From an uncultured Pseudomonadota bacterium (GTDB taxonomy: Bacteria > Pseudomonadota > Gammaproteobacteria > Enterobacterales > Succinivibrionaceae): a stretch of DNA of 64,000 bases. The notes under the pieces are model-generated. The model ran no database searches. It was not told where the DNA came from and saw only the letters and a list, made by a program, of their open reading frames with translations. The position numbers were made by a program, and so were the translations under genes. Where the stretch lies: positions 251 through 64,250 of the forward strand of contig ONIT01000001.1 in NCBI GenBank assembly GCA_900317945.1, in the 5' to 3' direction. Positions 30,990 to 40,314 of this stretch are shown one piece after another; position 1 is the stretch's first letter, and every line of letters begins with the position of its first letter.

Positions 30990-31012
30990 GGGCGCTGAGG
31001 CGCCCTTTTTTA
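30990..31012 (+). terminator. rho-independent terminator after rpsQ (end of the S10 operon)
   Basis: GGGCGC-tgag-GCGCCC followed by TTTTTTATT. Confidence 0.75.
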
Positions 31013-31186
31013 TTGTGTCATTCTCCGTGAATTGAAAGCATCCATTCAAGTCCATGCACTGCGGCATGGCTTGATCATTACATTTCATCCCTTCTTTGCC
31101 CGTATTTTACCTGCTGCCGCAGGAATGCCTGAATGCGTCAGAAAATAGTGACCGCCTGCACGAATTTCTATCATTTTTAAAATGTT

Positions 31187-31195
31187 TGTGATAAT
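31187..31195 (+). promoter_or_regulatory. candidate extended -10 promoter for the spc operon
   Basis: TGtGATAAT, 72 nt upstream of rplN. The -35 (TTCTAT, spacing about 18) is weak. Confidence 0.35.
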
Positions 31196-31229
31196 ATAGA
31201 GCGCCTGTTGTAAACAGGAAAGGCAGTCT

Positions 31230-31251
31230 GTCCCCTGAGGGGACTTTTTTT
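31230..31251 (+). terminator. terminator-like hairpin in the rplN leader
   Basis: GTCCCC-tga-GGGGAC followed by TTTTTTT, ending 15 nt before the rplN ATG and just before the GGAG ribosome-binding site. Confidence 0.55.
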
Positions 31252-31266
31252 ATTCGGAGAAAACTA

Positions 31267-31635
31267 ATGATCCAGATGCAGAGTTGTCTCGATGTAGCCG
31301 ATAATTCCGGCGCCCGTCGAGTAATGTGCATTAAGGTTCTTGGTGGATCTCACCGCCGCTATGCCGGTATCGGCGACGTCATCAAGTGCTCTGTCCAGGA
31401 AGCAATTCCCCGCGGCAAGGTCAACAAGGGTGATGTTGTGAATGCGGTTGTAGTCCGTACCAAGAGAGGTGTTAGACGTGCTGACGGTTCTCTGATCCGT
31501 TTTGACAGCAACGCAGCTGTTCTTCTTGACGGTCAGCTTGAGCCTATCGGAACCCGTATTTTCGGACCGGTAACCCGTGAGCTCCGTACTGACAAGTTCA
31601 TGAAGATTGTGTCACTGGCACCTGAAGTACTGTAA
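31267..31635 (+). CDS. rplN: 50S ribosomal protein L14
   Basis: [28 protein letters not shown]...IRFD.NA.VL matches L14. Confidence 0.98.
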   Translation: MIQMQSCLDVADNSGARRVMCIKVLGGSHRRYAGIGDVIKCSVQEAIPRGKVNKGDVVNAVVVRTKRGVRRADGSLIRFDSNAAVLLDGQLEPIGTRIFGPVTRELRTDKFMKIVSLAPEVL

Positions 31636-31645
31636 GGAGACTGAG

Positions 31646-31969
31646 ATGGCACAGAAGATTCGTTTGGGCGATGAGGTTATCGTTATCAGCGGTAACGGAG
31701 CCAGCTCCAAGGTCCGCGGCAAGGTAACCAAGGTCTTCAAGAGCGAGCACAAGGTAATTGTAGAAGGATACAACAAGGTCAAGCGCGCAGTTAAGCCTAA
31801 TCCCAACCTCGGTCAGGAAGGCGGAATTGTTGAGCGTGAGGCTCCTGTAGATGTATCTAATGTAGCGATTTTCAACCCTGAGACCCAGAAGGCTGATCGC
31901 GTTGGATTCAAGATTGAAGACGGCAAGAAAGTCCGTGTCTTCAAGTCCACTGGAAAAGAAATCAAGTAA
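31646..31969 (+). CDS. rplX: 50S ribosomal protein L24
   Basis: ORF 31607, trimmed to the ATG at 31646 ([16 protein letters not shown]). It has a KOW motif. Confidence 0.96.
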   Translation: MAQKIRLGDEVIVISGNGASSKVRGKVTKVFKSEHKVIVEGYNKVKRAVKPNPNLGQEGGIVEREAPVDVSNVAIFNPETQKADRVGFKIEDGKKVRVFKSTGKEIK

Positions 31970-31981
31970 TTGGAGTAAGCG

Positions 31982-32521
31982 ATGGCGAAACTGCATGATC
32001 TGTATAAGCAGGAAGTAATCAAGAAGCTTATGGATCAGTTTCATTATAAGACTGTCATGCAAGTCCCTCGACTGGTAAAGATCACCCTTAACATGGGTGT
32101 CGGCGAGGCCCTGACTGACAAGAAGATTCTGGAAAACGCTGCTGCTGATATGGCGGCAATCTCCGGACAGAAACCCCTGATCACTAAGGCTCGCAAGTCT
32201 ATAGCTGACTTTAAGATTCGTGAAGGCTATCCTATCGGCTGCAAGGTAACCCTTCGCGGAGAGAGAATGTGGGAATTCCTCGAGCGTCTCATCTGCATCG
32301 CAATGCCGCGTATCCGCGACTTCCGCGGTGTAAGCCCGAAGTCCTTTGACGGAAAGGGAAACTACTCCATGGGTGTCCGTGAGCAGATCATTTTCCCTGA
32401 GATCGACTTCGACAAGGTCGACGCTGTACGTGGTATGGATATCACCTTCACCACTACCGCAAAGACTGACGATGAGGGCCGCGCTCTTCTGGCTGCCTTT
32501 AATTTCCCGTTCCGCGCTTAA
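31982..32521 (+). CDS. rplE: 50S ribosomal protein L5
   Basis: [12 protein letters not shown]...[16 protein letters not shown]...[10 protein letters not shown] matches L5. Confidence 0.98.
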   Translation: MAKLHDLYKQEVIKKLMDQFHYKTVMQVPRLVKITLNMGVGEALTDKKILENAAADMAAISGQKPLITKARKSIADFKIREGYPIGCKVTLRGERMWEFLERLICIAMPRIRDFRGVSPKSFDGKGNYSMGVREQIIFPEIDFDKVDAVRGMDITFTTTAKTDDEGRALLAAFNFPFRA

Positions 32522-32530
32522 GGTAAAGCA

Positions 32531-32836
32531 ATGGCAAAATTATCAATGAAGCGTCGTGAAGTTCACCGCGATGCACTTATCAAGAAGTACCACGAGAAGC
32601 GTGAGGCACTCAAGGCCACTATCTCCAGCACCACTGCAAGTGAAGAGGAGAAGTGGGATGCCGTTATCGCACTGCAGAAACTTCCCCGTGATTCCAGCCC
32701 CTGCCGTCATCGCAATCGCTGCGCAATCACCGGCCGTCCTCATGGATTCCTCCGCAAGTTCGGTCTGAGCCGCATCAAGGTACGCGAGCTCATGATGAAG
32801 GGCGAGATTCCTGGTCTTAAGAAAGCAAGCTGGTAA
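32531..32836 (+). CDS. rpsN: 30S ribosomal protein S14
   Basis: [13 protein letters not shown]...[24 protein letters not shown]...[11 protein letters not shown] matches S14. Confidence 0.97.
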   Translation: MAKLSMKRREVHRDALIKKYHEKREALKATISSTTASEEEKWDAVIALQKLPRDSSPCRHRNRCAITGRPHGFLRKFGLSRIKVRELMMKGEIPGLKKASW

Positions 32837-32850
32837 TAAGGAGACTGACA

Positions 32851-33243
32851 ATGAGTATGCAAGATCCTATCGCTGACATGCTGACCAGAATCCGCAACGG
32901 TCAGAATGCAGGCAAGATTGACGTTTCTATGCCTTCCTCCAAGCAGAAGGTAGCTATTGCTGATCTTCTCAAGAACGAAGGTTACATCACTGATTACGAA
33001 GTAAGCGGCGATGTCAAGAAGAACCTCAAGATCACCCTCAAGTACTATCAGGGCACCCCGGTTATCGAGATGCTCCGCAGGGTATCCCGTCCGGGACTTC
33101 GCGTATACCGCAAGAGCACTGAGCTTCCGAGAATCATGAACGGACTCGGAATCGCAGTAGTCTCAACTTCCCAGGGAATCAAGTCCGACCGCGCTGCCCG
33201 CAAGGCAAAGCTCGGCGGAGAGATTATCTGCTACGTTGCGTAA
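32851..33243 (+). CDS. rpsH: 30S ribosomal protein S8
   Basis: [20 protein letters not shown]...GGEIICYVA is nearly identical to E. coli S8. Confidence 0.98.
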   Translation: MSMQDPIADMLTRIRNGQNAGKIDVSMPSSKQKVAIADLLKNEGYITDYEVSGDVKKNLKITLKYYQGTPVIEMLRRVSRPGLRVYRKSTELPRIMNGLGIAVVSTSQGIKSDRAARKAKLGGEIICYVA

Positions 33244-33255
33244 GGAGTAATAACA

Positions 33256-33789
33256 ATGTCACGTATTGCTAAAGAAGCAGTTGTCATTCCTGCCGGCGTA
33301 GAGGCCAAGCTTAATGGTCAGGAAGTTTCCGTAAAGGGAAAGAACGGCTCTCTGACCAGAACCGTAAGCTCCCTGGTCAAGGTTACCTTTGATGACGGCA
33401 AGTTCCATTTTGCTCCCGCTGATGACTCTGCAGCTGCAAATGATCAGTCCGGCACCGAGAGGGCACTGGTCCATTCAATGGTTACCGGCGTTCATGACGG
33501 CTATACCCGCAAGCTGACTCTTATCGGCGTCGGCTACCGTGCAGCAGTTAAGGGAGACGGCATCGACCTTCAGCTCGGCTTCTCCCATCCGCTTGTTCAC
33601 AAGCTTCCTGCCGGTGTCAAGGCACAGACCCCGTCTCCTACCGAGATCGTTCTGACCAGCGCTGACAAGGCGCTGCTCGGCCAGGTAGCAGCAGACATCC
33701 GTGCTCATCGTCCTCCTGAGCCTTACAAGGGCAAGGGAATCCGTTATGCCGATGAAGTTGTAATCATCAAGGAAACCAAGAAGAAGTAA
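33256..33789 (+). CDS. rplF: 50S ribosomal protein L6
   Basis: [16 protein letters not shown]...[16 protein letters not shown] matches L6. Confidence 0.98.
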   Translation: MSRIAKEAVVIPAGVEAKLNGQEVSVKGKNGSLTRTVSSLVKVTFDDGKFHFAPADDSAAANDQSGTERALVHSMVTGVHDGYTRKLTLIGVGYRAAVKGDGIDLQLGFSHPLVHKLPAGVKAQTPSPTEIVLTSADKALLGQVAADIRAHRPPEPYKGKGIRYADEVVIIKETKKK

Positions 33790-33799
33790 GGTTGCAGTT

Positions 33800-34150
33800 A
33801 TGATCGATAAGAAATCAGCTCGTCTCCGTCGCGCCACCAAGGCGCGCGCAAAAATGGAAGAGCTTGGTGCAACGCGCCTTGTTGTCTTCCGTACTCCGCG
33901 TCATATCTACGCGCAGATTATTGCCGGCGGCCAGGTCCTCGCTGCTGCGTCAACTCTTGAGAAGGATCTCAAGTCCCAGTGCAAGTACACCGGAAACGTT
34001 GATGCTGCCAAGGTTGTAGGCAAGGCAATCGCTGAGCGTGCTCTCGCCAAGGATGTCAAGCGCGTTGCGTTTGACCGTTCCGGATTCCTCTATCACGGCC
34101 GTATCAAGGCTCTTGCCGATGCAGCCCGTGAAGCAGGATTACAGTTCTAA
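33800..34150 (+). CDS. rplR: 50S ribosomal protein L18
   Basis: [36 protein letters not shown]...[26 protein letters not shown] matches L18. Confidence 0.98.
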   Translation: MIDKKSARLRRATKARAKMEELGATRLVVFRTPRHIYAQIIAGGQVLAAASTLEKDLKSQCKYTGNVDAAKVVGKAIAERALAKDVKRVAFDRSGFLYHGRIKALADAAREAGLQF

Positions 34151-34164
34151 AGGTGGGAAAGATT

Positions 34165-34674
34165 ATGGCTAGAAATAACAATGCAGATGCACAGAACGGC
34201 GAGCTCCAGGAAAAGCTGGTCCACGTCAACCGTGTAGCGAAGGTCGTCAAGGGCGGCCGCATCATGTCTTTTTCCGCTCTTACTGTTGTAGGTGACGGCA
34301 ATGGCAGATTCGGTTTCGGCTATGGCAAGGCACGTGAGGTTCCGGCAGCCATTCAGAAGGCTATGGAGCAGGCACGCAGGAACCTGGTAACCGTTTCCCT
34401 GAAGGACGGCACCCTGTTCCACGAGATCAGCGGCGAGCACGCCGGATCAAAGGTTGTCCTTTTCCCGGCCTCTGAAGGTACCGGTATCATTGCAGGCGGC
34501 GCTATGCGTGCTGTCCTCGAGGTTGCCGGCGTCAGGAACGTTCTCGCAAAGGCCTATGGTTCAACCAACCCGGTCAACGTTGTACGTTCAACCGTCAACG
34601 CGCTGAGATCCATGAAGACCCCTGAGCAGGTAGCCGCAAAGCGCGGTCTTACCGTTGATCAGATTCTGGAGTAA
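34165..34674 (+). CDS. rpsE: 30S ribosomal protein S5
   Basis: The track ORF starts at a GTG at 34153; the ATG at 34165 is preferred. [20 protein letters not shown]...[19 protein letters not shown] matches S5. Confidence 0.97.
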   Translation: MARNNNADAQNGELQEKLVHVNRVAKVVKGGRIMSFSALTVVGDGNGRFGFGYGKAREVPAAIQKAMEQARRNLVTVSLKDGTLFHEISGEHAGSKVVLFPASEGTGIIAGGAMRAVLEVAGVRNVLAKAYGSTNPVNVVRSTVNALRSMKTPEQVAAKRGLTVDQILE

Positions 34675-34677
34675 AAA

Positions 34678-34863
34678 ATGGCTGACAAGAAGACTATCAA
34701 AATCACTCAGACCAAGAGTGCCATCGGACGTGAGCCCAAGCACATCAGGACTCTCCACGGACTCGGCCTCCGCCGTATCCGCCAGACCGTAGAGCTTGAG
34801 GATACTCCTGCAGTCCGCGGCATGGTCAATCAGGTCAGCTACATGGTAAAGGTTGAGGAGTAA
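34678..34863 (+). CDS. rpmD: 50S ribosomal protein L30
   Basis: [27 protein letters not shown] matches L30. Confidence 0.96.
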   Translation: MADKKTIKITQTKSAIGREPKHIRTLHGLGLRRIRQTVELEDTPAVRGMVNQVSYMVKVEE

Positions 34864-34865
34864 TA

Positions 34866-35336
34866 ATGAGCTTAACACTTAATTCTCTGAAGCCGGCTGA
34901 AGGCTCCAGAATCAAGAAGGTCCGCGTAGGACGCGGAATCGGCTCCGGCCTCGGCAAGACCTGCGGCCGCGGTGTCAAGGGTCAGGGCGCAAGAAAGAGC
35001 GGCAATGTACGTCCCGGATTCGAGGGCGGCCAGATGCCTCTCAAGATCCGTGTGCCCAAGTTTGGATTCACCTCCAAGCTCAAGGCTACCACCGGTGAGG
35101 TTGGCCTGAAGCAGGCTGCAGCCGTAGAGTGCGAGGTTCTTGACCTTGCCGCTCTCAAGAATGCGGACCTTATTCCCAACTACATCACCCGTGTGAAGAT
35201 TGTGAACTCCCGCGATTACAAGCTTGAGAAGTCGCTTAAGATTAAGGGCCTTGCAGTCACCAAGTCCGTCCTCGAGGCCGTCAAGGCAGCAGGCGGAAGC
35301 GTAGAAGACCCTGCAGAGGCAGCTTCAGCTCAGTAA
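34866..35336 (+). CDS. rplO: 50S ribosomal protein L15
   Basis: LNSLKPAEGS...RVGRGIGSGLGKT.GRG.KGQ matches L15. Confidence 0.97.
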   Translation: MSLTLNSLKPAEGSRIKKVRVGRGIGSGLGKTCGRGVKGQGARKSGNVRPGFEGGQMPLKIRVPKFGFTSKLKATTGEVGLKQAAAVECEVLDLAALKNADLIPNYITRVKIVNSRDYKLEKSLKIKGLAVTKSVLEAVKAAGGSVEDPAEAASAQ

Positions 35337-35350
35337 TCTAGAGGTTCAGC

Positions 35351-36682
35351 ATGGCAAAGTCTTTGGGAATGGATAGTCAGAAGCCGGGCGTAAGCACCGA
35401 GCTCAGGGACAGACTGCTCTTTGTCGTCCTTGCGCTCCTTGTGTACCGCATCGGTTCCCATATTCCTGTTCCAGGGATCAACACTGTCAGGCTCGACCAG
35501 CTTATGGAGCAGCAGAAGGACACCGTCATTGGACTGTTCAACATGTTCAGCGGCGGTGCCCTGGCGAGGGCTTCTCTGTTTGCTCTTGGCATTATGCCTT
35601 ACATTTCCTCCGCAATTATCGTTCAGCTTCTTGCCGTTATGATTCCGTCATGGGCTGAGCTTAAGAAGGAAGGAGAGTCCGGGAAGCAGAAGCTTCAGAA
35701 ATATACGCGTCTCGGAACTCTTATCCTCGGAGGTCTTCAGGCTTTCGGTATGGCCGTCGGCCTGCCGAACATGATCCAGGGGCTGGTGGTCGATCCGGGT
35801 GTTCCCTTCTACATCACCACAACCGTGACGCTTCTTACCGGTACCATGTACCTGATGTGGCTCGGTGAGCAGATGACTGAGAGAGGTGTCGGAAACGGCA
35901 TTTCCCTTATCATCTTTGCGGGCATTGTTGCCGGGCTCCCCAACGCGCTGGGCTCGATGATCGACAAGTTCAAGACTGAGGGCGGCTCATACTTCCTCGT
36001 CTTCATGCTGATCATTGCCATCGTAGTGGGCGTCACCGTATTCGTTGTCTTCATCGAGAGAGCTCTCAGGAAGATCAAAGTGAACTATGCGAAGCGCCAG
36101 GTCGGAAACATGCTTTATTCCGCCCCTGCGCAGCATCTGCCGCTCAAGATCAACCAGTCAGGCGTTATTCCGGCGATTTTTGCCTCGAGCATTATCATGT
36201 TCCCTGGCACGCTTGCCTCCTGGTTCGGCCAGGGCGACGGAAAGTTCTCGTCTTTCATACGCCATATTTCCGAAATCCTGCAGCCTGGACAGCCTCTTTA
36301 TGAGTTCATCTATGCTGCTGCGATTATCTTCTTCTGCTTCTTCTACACCTCGCTCGTGTTCAACCCGAGGGAGATAAGCGAGAACCTGAAGAAGAGCGGA
36401 GCGTACATTGACGGCATCCGTCCTGGTGAGGCTACTGCGAAGCATATTGACAAGGTTATGGCAAGGCTTACCTTCATCGGCTCGATGTACATGGTATTTG
36501 TCTGCCTGGTACCCCAGTTCATGATGTCCTTCTTCAATGTGCAGTTCTACTTCGGCGGAACATCTCTCCTGATTGTTGTTGTCGTTGTGATGGACTTTGC
36601 GGCTCAGCTCGCTACCTATAAGATGCAGAATCAGTACGGCAGCATTCTGCAGAAAGCCCATCTTGGAAACTATGGGCGTTAA
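35351..36682 (+). CDS. secY: preprotein translocase subunit SecY
   Basis: A 443-aa protein with 10 transmembrane segments. [27 protein letters not shown]...[15 protein letters not shown] matches SecY. Confidence 0.98.
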   Translation: MAKSLGMDSQKPGVSTELRDRLLFVVLALLVYRIGSHIPVPGINTVRLDQLMEQQKDTVIGLFNMFSGGALARASLFALGIMPYISSAIIVQLLAVMIPSWAELKKEGESGKQKLQKYTRLGTLILGGLQAFGMAVGLPNMIQGLVVDPGVPFYITTTVTLLTGTMYLMWLGEQMTERGVGNGISLIIFAGIVAGLPNALGSMIDKFKTEGGSYFLVFMLIIAIVVGVTVFVVFIERALRKIKVNYAKRQVGNMLYSAPAQHLPLKINQSGVIPAIFASSIIMFPGTLASWFGQGDGKFSSFIRHISEILQPGQPLYEFIYAAAIIFFCFFYTSLVFNPREISENLKKSGAYIDGIRPGEATAKHIDKVMARLTFIGSMYMVFVCLVPQFMMSFFNVQFYFGGTSLLIVVVVVMDFAAQLATYKMQNQYGSILQKAHLGNYGR

Positions 36683-36696
36683 TTTTGGAGTAAAAA

Positions 36697-36810
36697 ATGA
36701 AAGTCGGTGCTTCTGTTAAGAAAATCTGCAGCAAGTGCAAGATCGTCCGCCGCCATGGCGTTGTTCGCGTAATCTGCAGCAATCCCAAGCACAAGCAGCG
36801 TCAGGGCTAA
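36697..36810 (+). CDS. rpmJ: 50S ribosomal protein L36
   Basis: My own translation gives [37 protein letters not shown] (37 aa; too short for the ORF track). Confidence 0.95.
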   Translation: MKVGASVKKICSKCKIVRRHGVVRVICSNPKHKQRQG

Positions 36811-36840
36811 TCTGCTCTGAAGTTCTGTTGTGTTTGAACG

Positions 36841-36874
36841 GCAGGTCGGCTATAATGGCTGACCTGCTTTTTTT
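36841..36874 (+). terminator. rho-independent terminator after rpmJ
   Basis: GCAGGTCGGC-tataatg-GCTGACCTGC gives a 10-bp stem with one G-U pair, followed by TTTTTTTAT. Confidence 0.75.
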
Positions 36875-36916
36875 ATGTCAGACTCCCCTTTTGCTGTGGC
36901 GAAAAGTGTGACAGTC

Positions 36917-36925
36917 TGCTATAAT
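36917..36925 (+). promoter_or_regulatory. candidate extended -10 promoter for the alpha operon
   Basis: TGcTATAAT lies about 250 nt upstream of the rpsM GTG. I saw no convincing -35. Confidence 0.4.
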
Positions 36926-37174
36926 TTCAATTTATGCGGACGGTTGCCGGTCACATCGTGATCCGGTTGCTGTCTTTGCCTTTTTAAGGCAGAGGCTCTG
37001 TCTGCAGTGCCAGAACCAGCATCACTGACTGTTTACCGGACAACGGTGATCTTTCGCCTCATGTCCCGGCGGTGTCTGTTTCTGGATGAAATGTCAAAGT
37101 AGTGCACTAGTTCCGCCGTGTATCCTGAACGGGCTTTACGGCGGTGTATTTTAATTTTTGTTAGGAGTGTCATA

Positions 37175-37531
37175 GTGGCCCGTATAGCTGGCATTAACGT
37201 TCCTGATCAGAAGCATGCCGTAATTGCGCTTACCAGTATCTATGGTATCGGCCGCAATCGCGCATCCGACATCCTTAAGGCTGCCGGTCTTACTGACGAC
37301 GTTAAGTTTGCTGATCTCGCAGAGGATCAGATTGATAAGGTTCGCGCTGAAGTTGCCAAGTACACAGTCGAAGGCGATCTCAGGCGTGAAGTCTCCATGA
37401 ATATCAAGAGTCTTGTTGATCTCGGCTGCTACCGCGGTGTTCGTCATCGCCGCGGTCTTCCTGTACGCGGACAGCGTACCAAGACCAACGCGCGCACCCG
37501 CAAGGGACCGCGCAAGCCCATCAAGAAGTAA
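37175..37531 (+). CDS. rpsM: 30S ribosomal protein S13
   Basis: ORF 37118, trimmed to the GTG at 37175, which follows AGGAG. (M)[25 protein letters not shown] matches S13. Confidence 0.96.
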   Translation: MARIAGINVPDQKHAVIALTSIYGIGRNRASDILKAAGLTDDVKFADLAEDQIDKVRAEVAKYTVEGDLRREVSMNIKSLVDLGCYRGVRHRRGLPVRGQRTKTNARTRKGPRKPIKK

Positions 37532-37546
37532 GGCGGAGAGATAATC

Positions 37547-38008
37547 ATGGCAGAAAATACCAACGCTGCTGCTGAGCAGACTGCTGCTGCAACCGCAGCT
37601 CCTGCAGCTGATGCTGCTACCGCTACTGCGGCTCGTTCCCGCAGCAAGCGCGGCAAGAGACAGGTAAGTGAGGGAATTGCCCACATCCATGCCTCTTTCA
37701 ACAATACTATTGTCACCATCACTGACCGTCAGGGCAATACCCTGTCCTGGGCTACCTCCGGTGGTTCAGGATTCCGCGGCTCCCGCAAGTCAACTCCCTA
37801 TGCAGCACAGGTTGCAGCAGAGAGAGCAGGCGAGGTTGCCAAGGAAAGCGGAGTCAGGAATCTTGAGGTGCTGGTAAAGGGACCCGGTCCCGGACGTGAG
37901 TCCTCCATAAGAGCGCTCAACGGCGTCGGATTCCACATTACCAACATCACCGATGTTACCCCTATCCCTCATAACGGATGCCGCCCGCCTAAGAAGCGTC
38001 GTGTCTGA
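37547..38008 (+). CDS. rpsK: 30S ribosomal protein S11 (with Ala/Thr-rich N-terminal extension)
   Basis: The core [22 protein letters not shown]...[11 protein letters not shown] matches S11. It is preceded by about 30 aa of low-complexity sequence, [24 protein letters not shown]. Confidence 0.96.
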   Translation: MAENTNAAAEQTAAATAAPAADAATATAARSRSKRGKRQVSEGIAHIHASFNNTIVTITDRQGNTLSWATSGGSGFRGSRKSTPYAAQVAAERAGEVAKESGVRNLEVLVKGPGPGRESSIRALNGVGFHITNITDVTPIPHNGCRPPKKRRV

Positions 38009-38043
38009 TTTGGGTTTCAAGATTTATTTGCTGGAGACAATAA

Positions 38044-38664
38044 ATGGCAAGATATATCGGACCTAAGCTTAAGCTTAGCCGTCGTGAGGGCACAGACCTC
38101 TTCCTGAAGTCTGCTGTCAAGGCCATCGACAAGAAGTGTCACATCGACACCATTCCTGGTCAGCATGGCGAGCGCAAGGCACGTTCAACCGAATACGGCG
38201 AGCAGCTTCGTGAGAAGCAGAAGGCGCGCCGCATGTACGGCATCCTTGAGCGTCAGTTCCACAACTACTATGTCAAGGCTTCCAAGATGAAGGGCAATAC
38301 CGGTGACAACCTCATCCGCCTCCTCGAGTCCCGTCTTGACAACGTAATCTACCGTATGGGCTTCGGCTGCACCCGCGCAGAGTGCCGTCAGCTCGTAAGC
38401 CACAAGGCTATTCTTGTAAACGATCACGTAGTTAACATCCCTTCATTCCAGGTTTCTCCCAACGACAAGATTGCCGTTCGCGAGAAGGCTAAGAAGCAGG
38501 CAAGAATCCAGAGCGCTCTTGATCTTGCAGGCTCACGCGCCTACAACTGGATTGAGGTAGATCAGAAGGCTATGACCGGCACCTATAAGAGCTATCCTGA
38601 GCGCGGAGAAGTTCCGGGCGACATCAACGAGGCACTTATTGTCGAGTTCTACTCAAGATCGTAG
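38044..38664 (+). CDS. rpsD: 30S ribosomal protein S4
   Basis: [23 protein letters not shown]...[14 protein letters not shown] matches S4. Confidence 0.98.
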   Translation: MARYIGPKLKLSRREGTDLFLKSAVKAIDKKCHIDTIPGQHGERKARSTEYGEQLREKQKARRMYGILERQFHNYYVKASKMKGNTGDNLIRLLESRLDNVIYRMGFGCTRAECRQLVSHKAILVNDHVVNIPSFQVSPNDKIAVREKAKKQARIQSALDLAGSRAYNWIEVDQKAMTGTYKSYPERGEVPGDINEALIVEFYSRS

Positions 38665-38680
38665 TTTTTAGGAGATTCAA

Positions 38681-39697
38681 ATGGCAGCCACATCGGTTAA
38701 CGGTTTTCTCGTTCCAAGCAGCACCATCGACGTAAAGCTTGAGAACCCGTTCTGCGCCAAGATCACGCTCCAGCCCATGGAGCGCGGTTTCGGCCAGACT
38801 CTCGGTAACGCGCTTCGCCGCGTGCTGCTTTCCTCGATGCCTGGTTACGCGATCACGGAAGTACAGATTGACGGCGTTCAGCATGAGTACAGCACCAAGG
38901 AGGGTGTAAAGGAGGACATTCTCGAAGTCCTTCTGAACCTCAAGGGTGTTGCAGTCAAGCTCATGGACGGACGCGACTCGGCTGATGTTACCCTGACCAA
39001 GTCAGGAATCGGCCCTGTTGTGGCCGGCGATATTGAGCGCAACGAAAACGTATATATCGCCAATCCTGACCACCTCATCTGCACCCTTGGCTCAAAGAAC
39101 ACCAATCTGGTAATGCACCTGCATATCCAGAAGGGCCGCGGCTATGTACCGGCCTCTGCTCCTGAGCGCAACAGTGAAGAGCGTACCATTGGCCATCTTC
39201 TGATAGATGCTATTTACAGCCCTATCGTCCGTATCGCCTATGACGTTGAATCCGCCCGTGAAGGCTCCAGGACCGATCTCGACAAGCTCGTGATCACCAT
39301 GGAGACCAACGGAACGATTGATCCTGACGAGGCAATCAAAGATGCGGCTACGATTCTCCACTATCAGCTTGAGCCGTTCATAAAGGTTGGATCTGAGGTC
39401 GGTGTTCAGCCCGAGGTCAGATCAGCCAAGCCTGATATTCCTGAGATTCTCAAGCGCCCTGTTGAGGACCTTGAGCTCACAGTCCGTTCGGCCAACTGCC
39501 TTAAGGCTGAGAATATCAAGTACATTGGCGATCTTGTCCAGCGCACCGAAGTTGAGCTGCTCAGAACTCCAAATCTCGGAAAGAAGTCACTTACCGAGAT
39601 CAAGGATGTGCTTGCTCAGCGTCAGCTCTCTCTTGGACTGCGTGTTGAGGGATGGCCTCCTGCAGATCTTGAGAAAGACAAGTCCAACCAGTTTTAA
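38681..39697 (+). CDS. rpoA: DNA-directed RNA polymerase alpha subunit
   Basis: [20 protein letters not shown]...[41 protein letters not shown] matches RpoA. Confidence 0.98.
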   Translation: MAATSVNGFLVPSSTIDVKLENPFCAKITLQPMERGFGQTLGNALRRVLLSSMPGYAITEVQIDGVQHEYSTKEGVKEDILEVLLNLKGVAVKLMDGRDSADVTLTKSGIGPVVAGDIERNENVYIANPDHLICTLGSKNTNLVMHLHIQKGRGYVPASAPERNSEERTIGHLLIDAIYSPIVRIAYDVESAREGSRTDLDKLVITMETNGTIDPDEAIKDAATILHYQLEPFIKVGSEVGVQPEVRSAKPDIPEILKRPVEDLELTVRSANCLKAENIKYIGDLVQRTEVELLRTPNLGKKSLTEIKDVLAQRQLSLGLRVEGWPPADLEKDKSNQF

Positions 39698-39719
39698 AGA
39701 TTTTATTGAGGTATTTTAA

Positions 39720-40166
39720 ATGCGTCATCGTTTAAGCGGCCGTCAGCTTGGCCGTGACGGTTCTGCCCGCAAGGCGCTCTTCCGTTCGCTGACCTGTGCT
39801 CTCGTTCGTGAGGAGCAGATTAAGACTACTCTCCCCAAGGCCAAGGAGCTGAGACGCTTCGTTGAGCGCCTTATTACCATTGCCAAGGTTGACTCTACCG
39901 CTCACCGCCGTCTTGTATTCTCAAGAGTTGCGGATGCCAAGTGCGTAGACAAGCTCTTCACCGTTATCGGACCCCGCTTTGCCAAGACCCAGCGTCCCGG
40001 CGGATACACCCGCATCCTCAAGTGCGGATTCCGTCCCAGCGATGCTGCTCCCATGGCTTATGTCCTTTTCAGCGACACTGCTGATCTCGAGAAGATCGCT
40101 GACAAGAAGGATGAGGGTGCAGAGACCGTAGAGGCACAGCCTGCAGCTGAGGCTAAGGCCGAGTAA
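39720..40166 (+). CDS. rplQ: 50S ribosomal protein L17 (acidic C-terminal tail)
   Basis: [24 protein letters not shown]...[19 protein letters not shown] matches L17. It has an extra tail, [21 protein letters not shown]. Confidence 0.97.
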   Translation: MRHRLSGRQLGRDGSARKALFRSLTCALVREEQIKTTLPKAKELRRFVERLITIAKVDSTAHRRLVFSRVADAKCVDKLFTVIGPRFAKTQRPGGYTRILKCGFRPSDAAPMAYVLFSDTADLEKIADKKDEGAETVEAQPAAEAKAE

Positions 40167-40192
40167 CCGGCAGTTTCCGGAAACTCTTATGC

Positions 40193-40232
40193 GAGGGGGG
40201 CAGAAATGCTCCCCTTTTTTTGTTTTTTTACT
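40193..40232 (+). terminator. terminator after rplQ
   Basis: GGGGGGC-agaaat-GCTCCCC is an imperfect GC stem, followed by TTTTTTTGTTTTTTT. Confidence 0.65.
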
Positions 40233-40281
40233 GTCTATATATCATTCTGACAATGCCGTTTTATTAATTGCCTGCCTACTG

Positions 40282-40290
40282 TGCTAGAAT
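40282..40290 (+). promoter_or_regulatory. candidate extended -10 promoter for the Zn-ribbon repeat-protein gene
   Basis: TGcTAGAAT lies 25 nt upstream of the ATG at 40315, with an AGGT ribosome-binding site between them. Confidence 0.4.
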
Positions 40291-40314
40291 TTGACCAAAT
40301 TTATAGGTAAGAAA

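Noticed and set aside
37151-37722. Minus-strand ORFs 37151..37690 and 37444..37722.
   Set aside because: They are antisense to rpsM and rpsK. The Ala-rich shadow comes from the S11 low-complexity extension.
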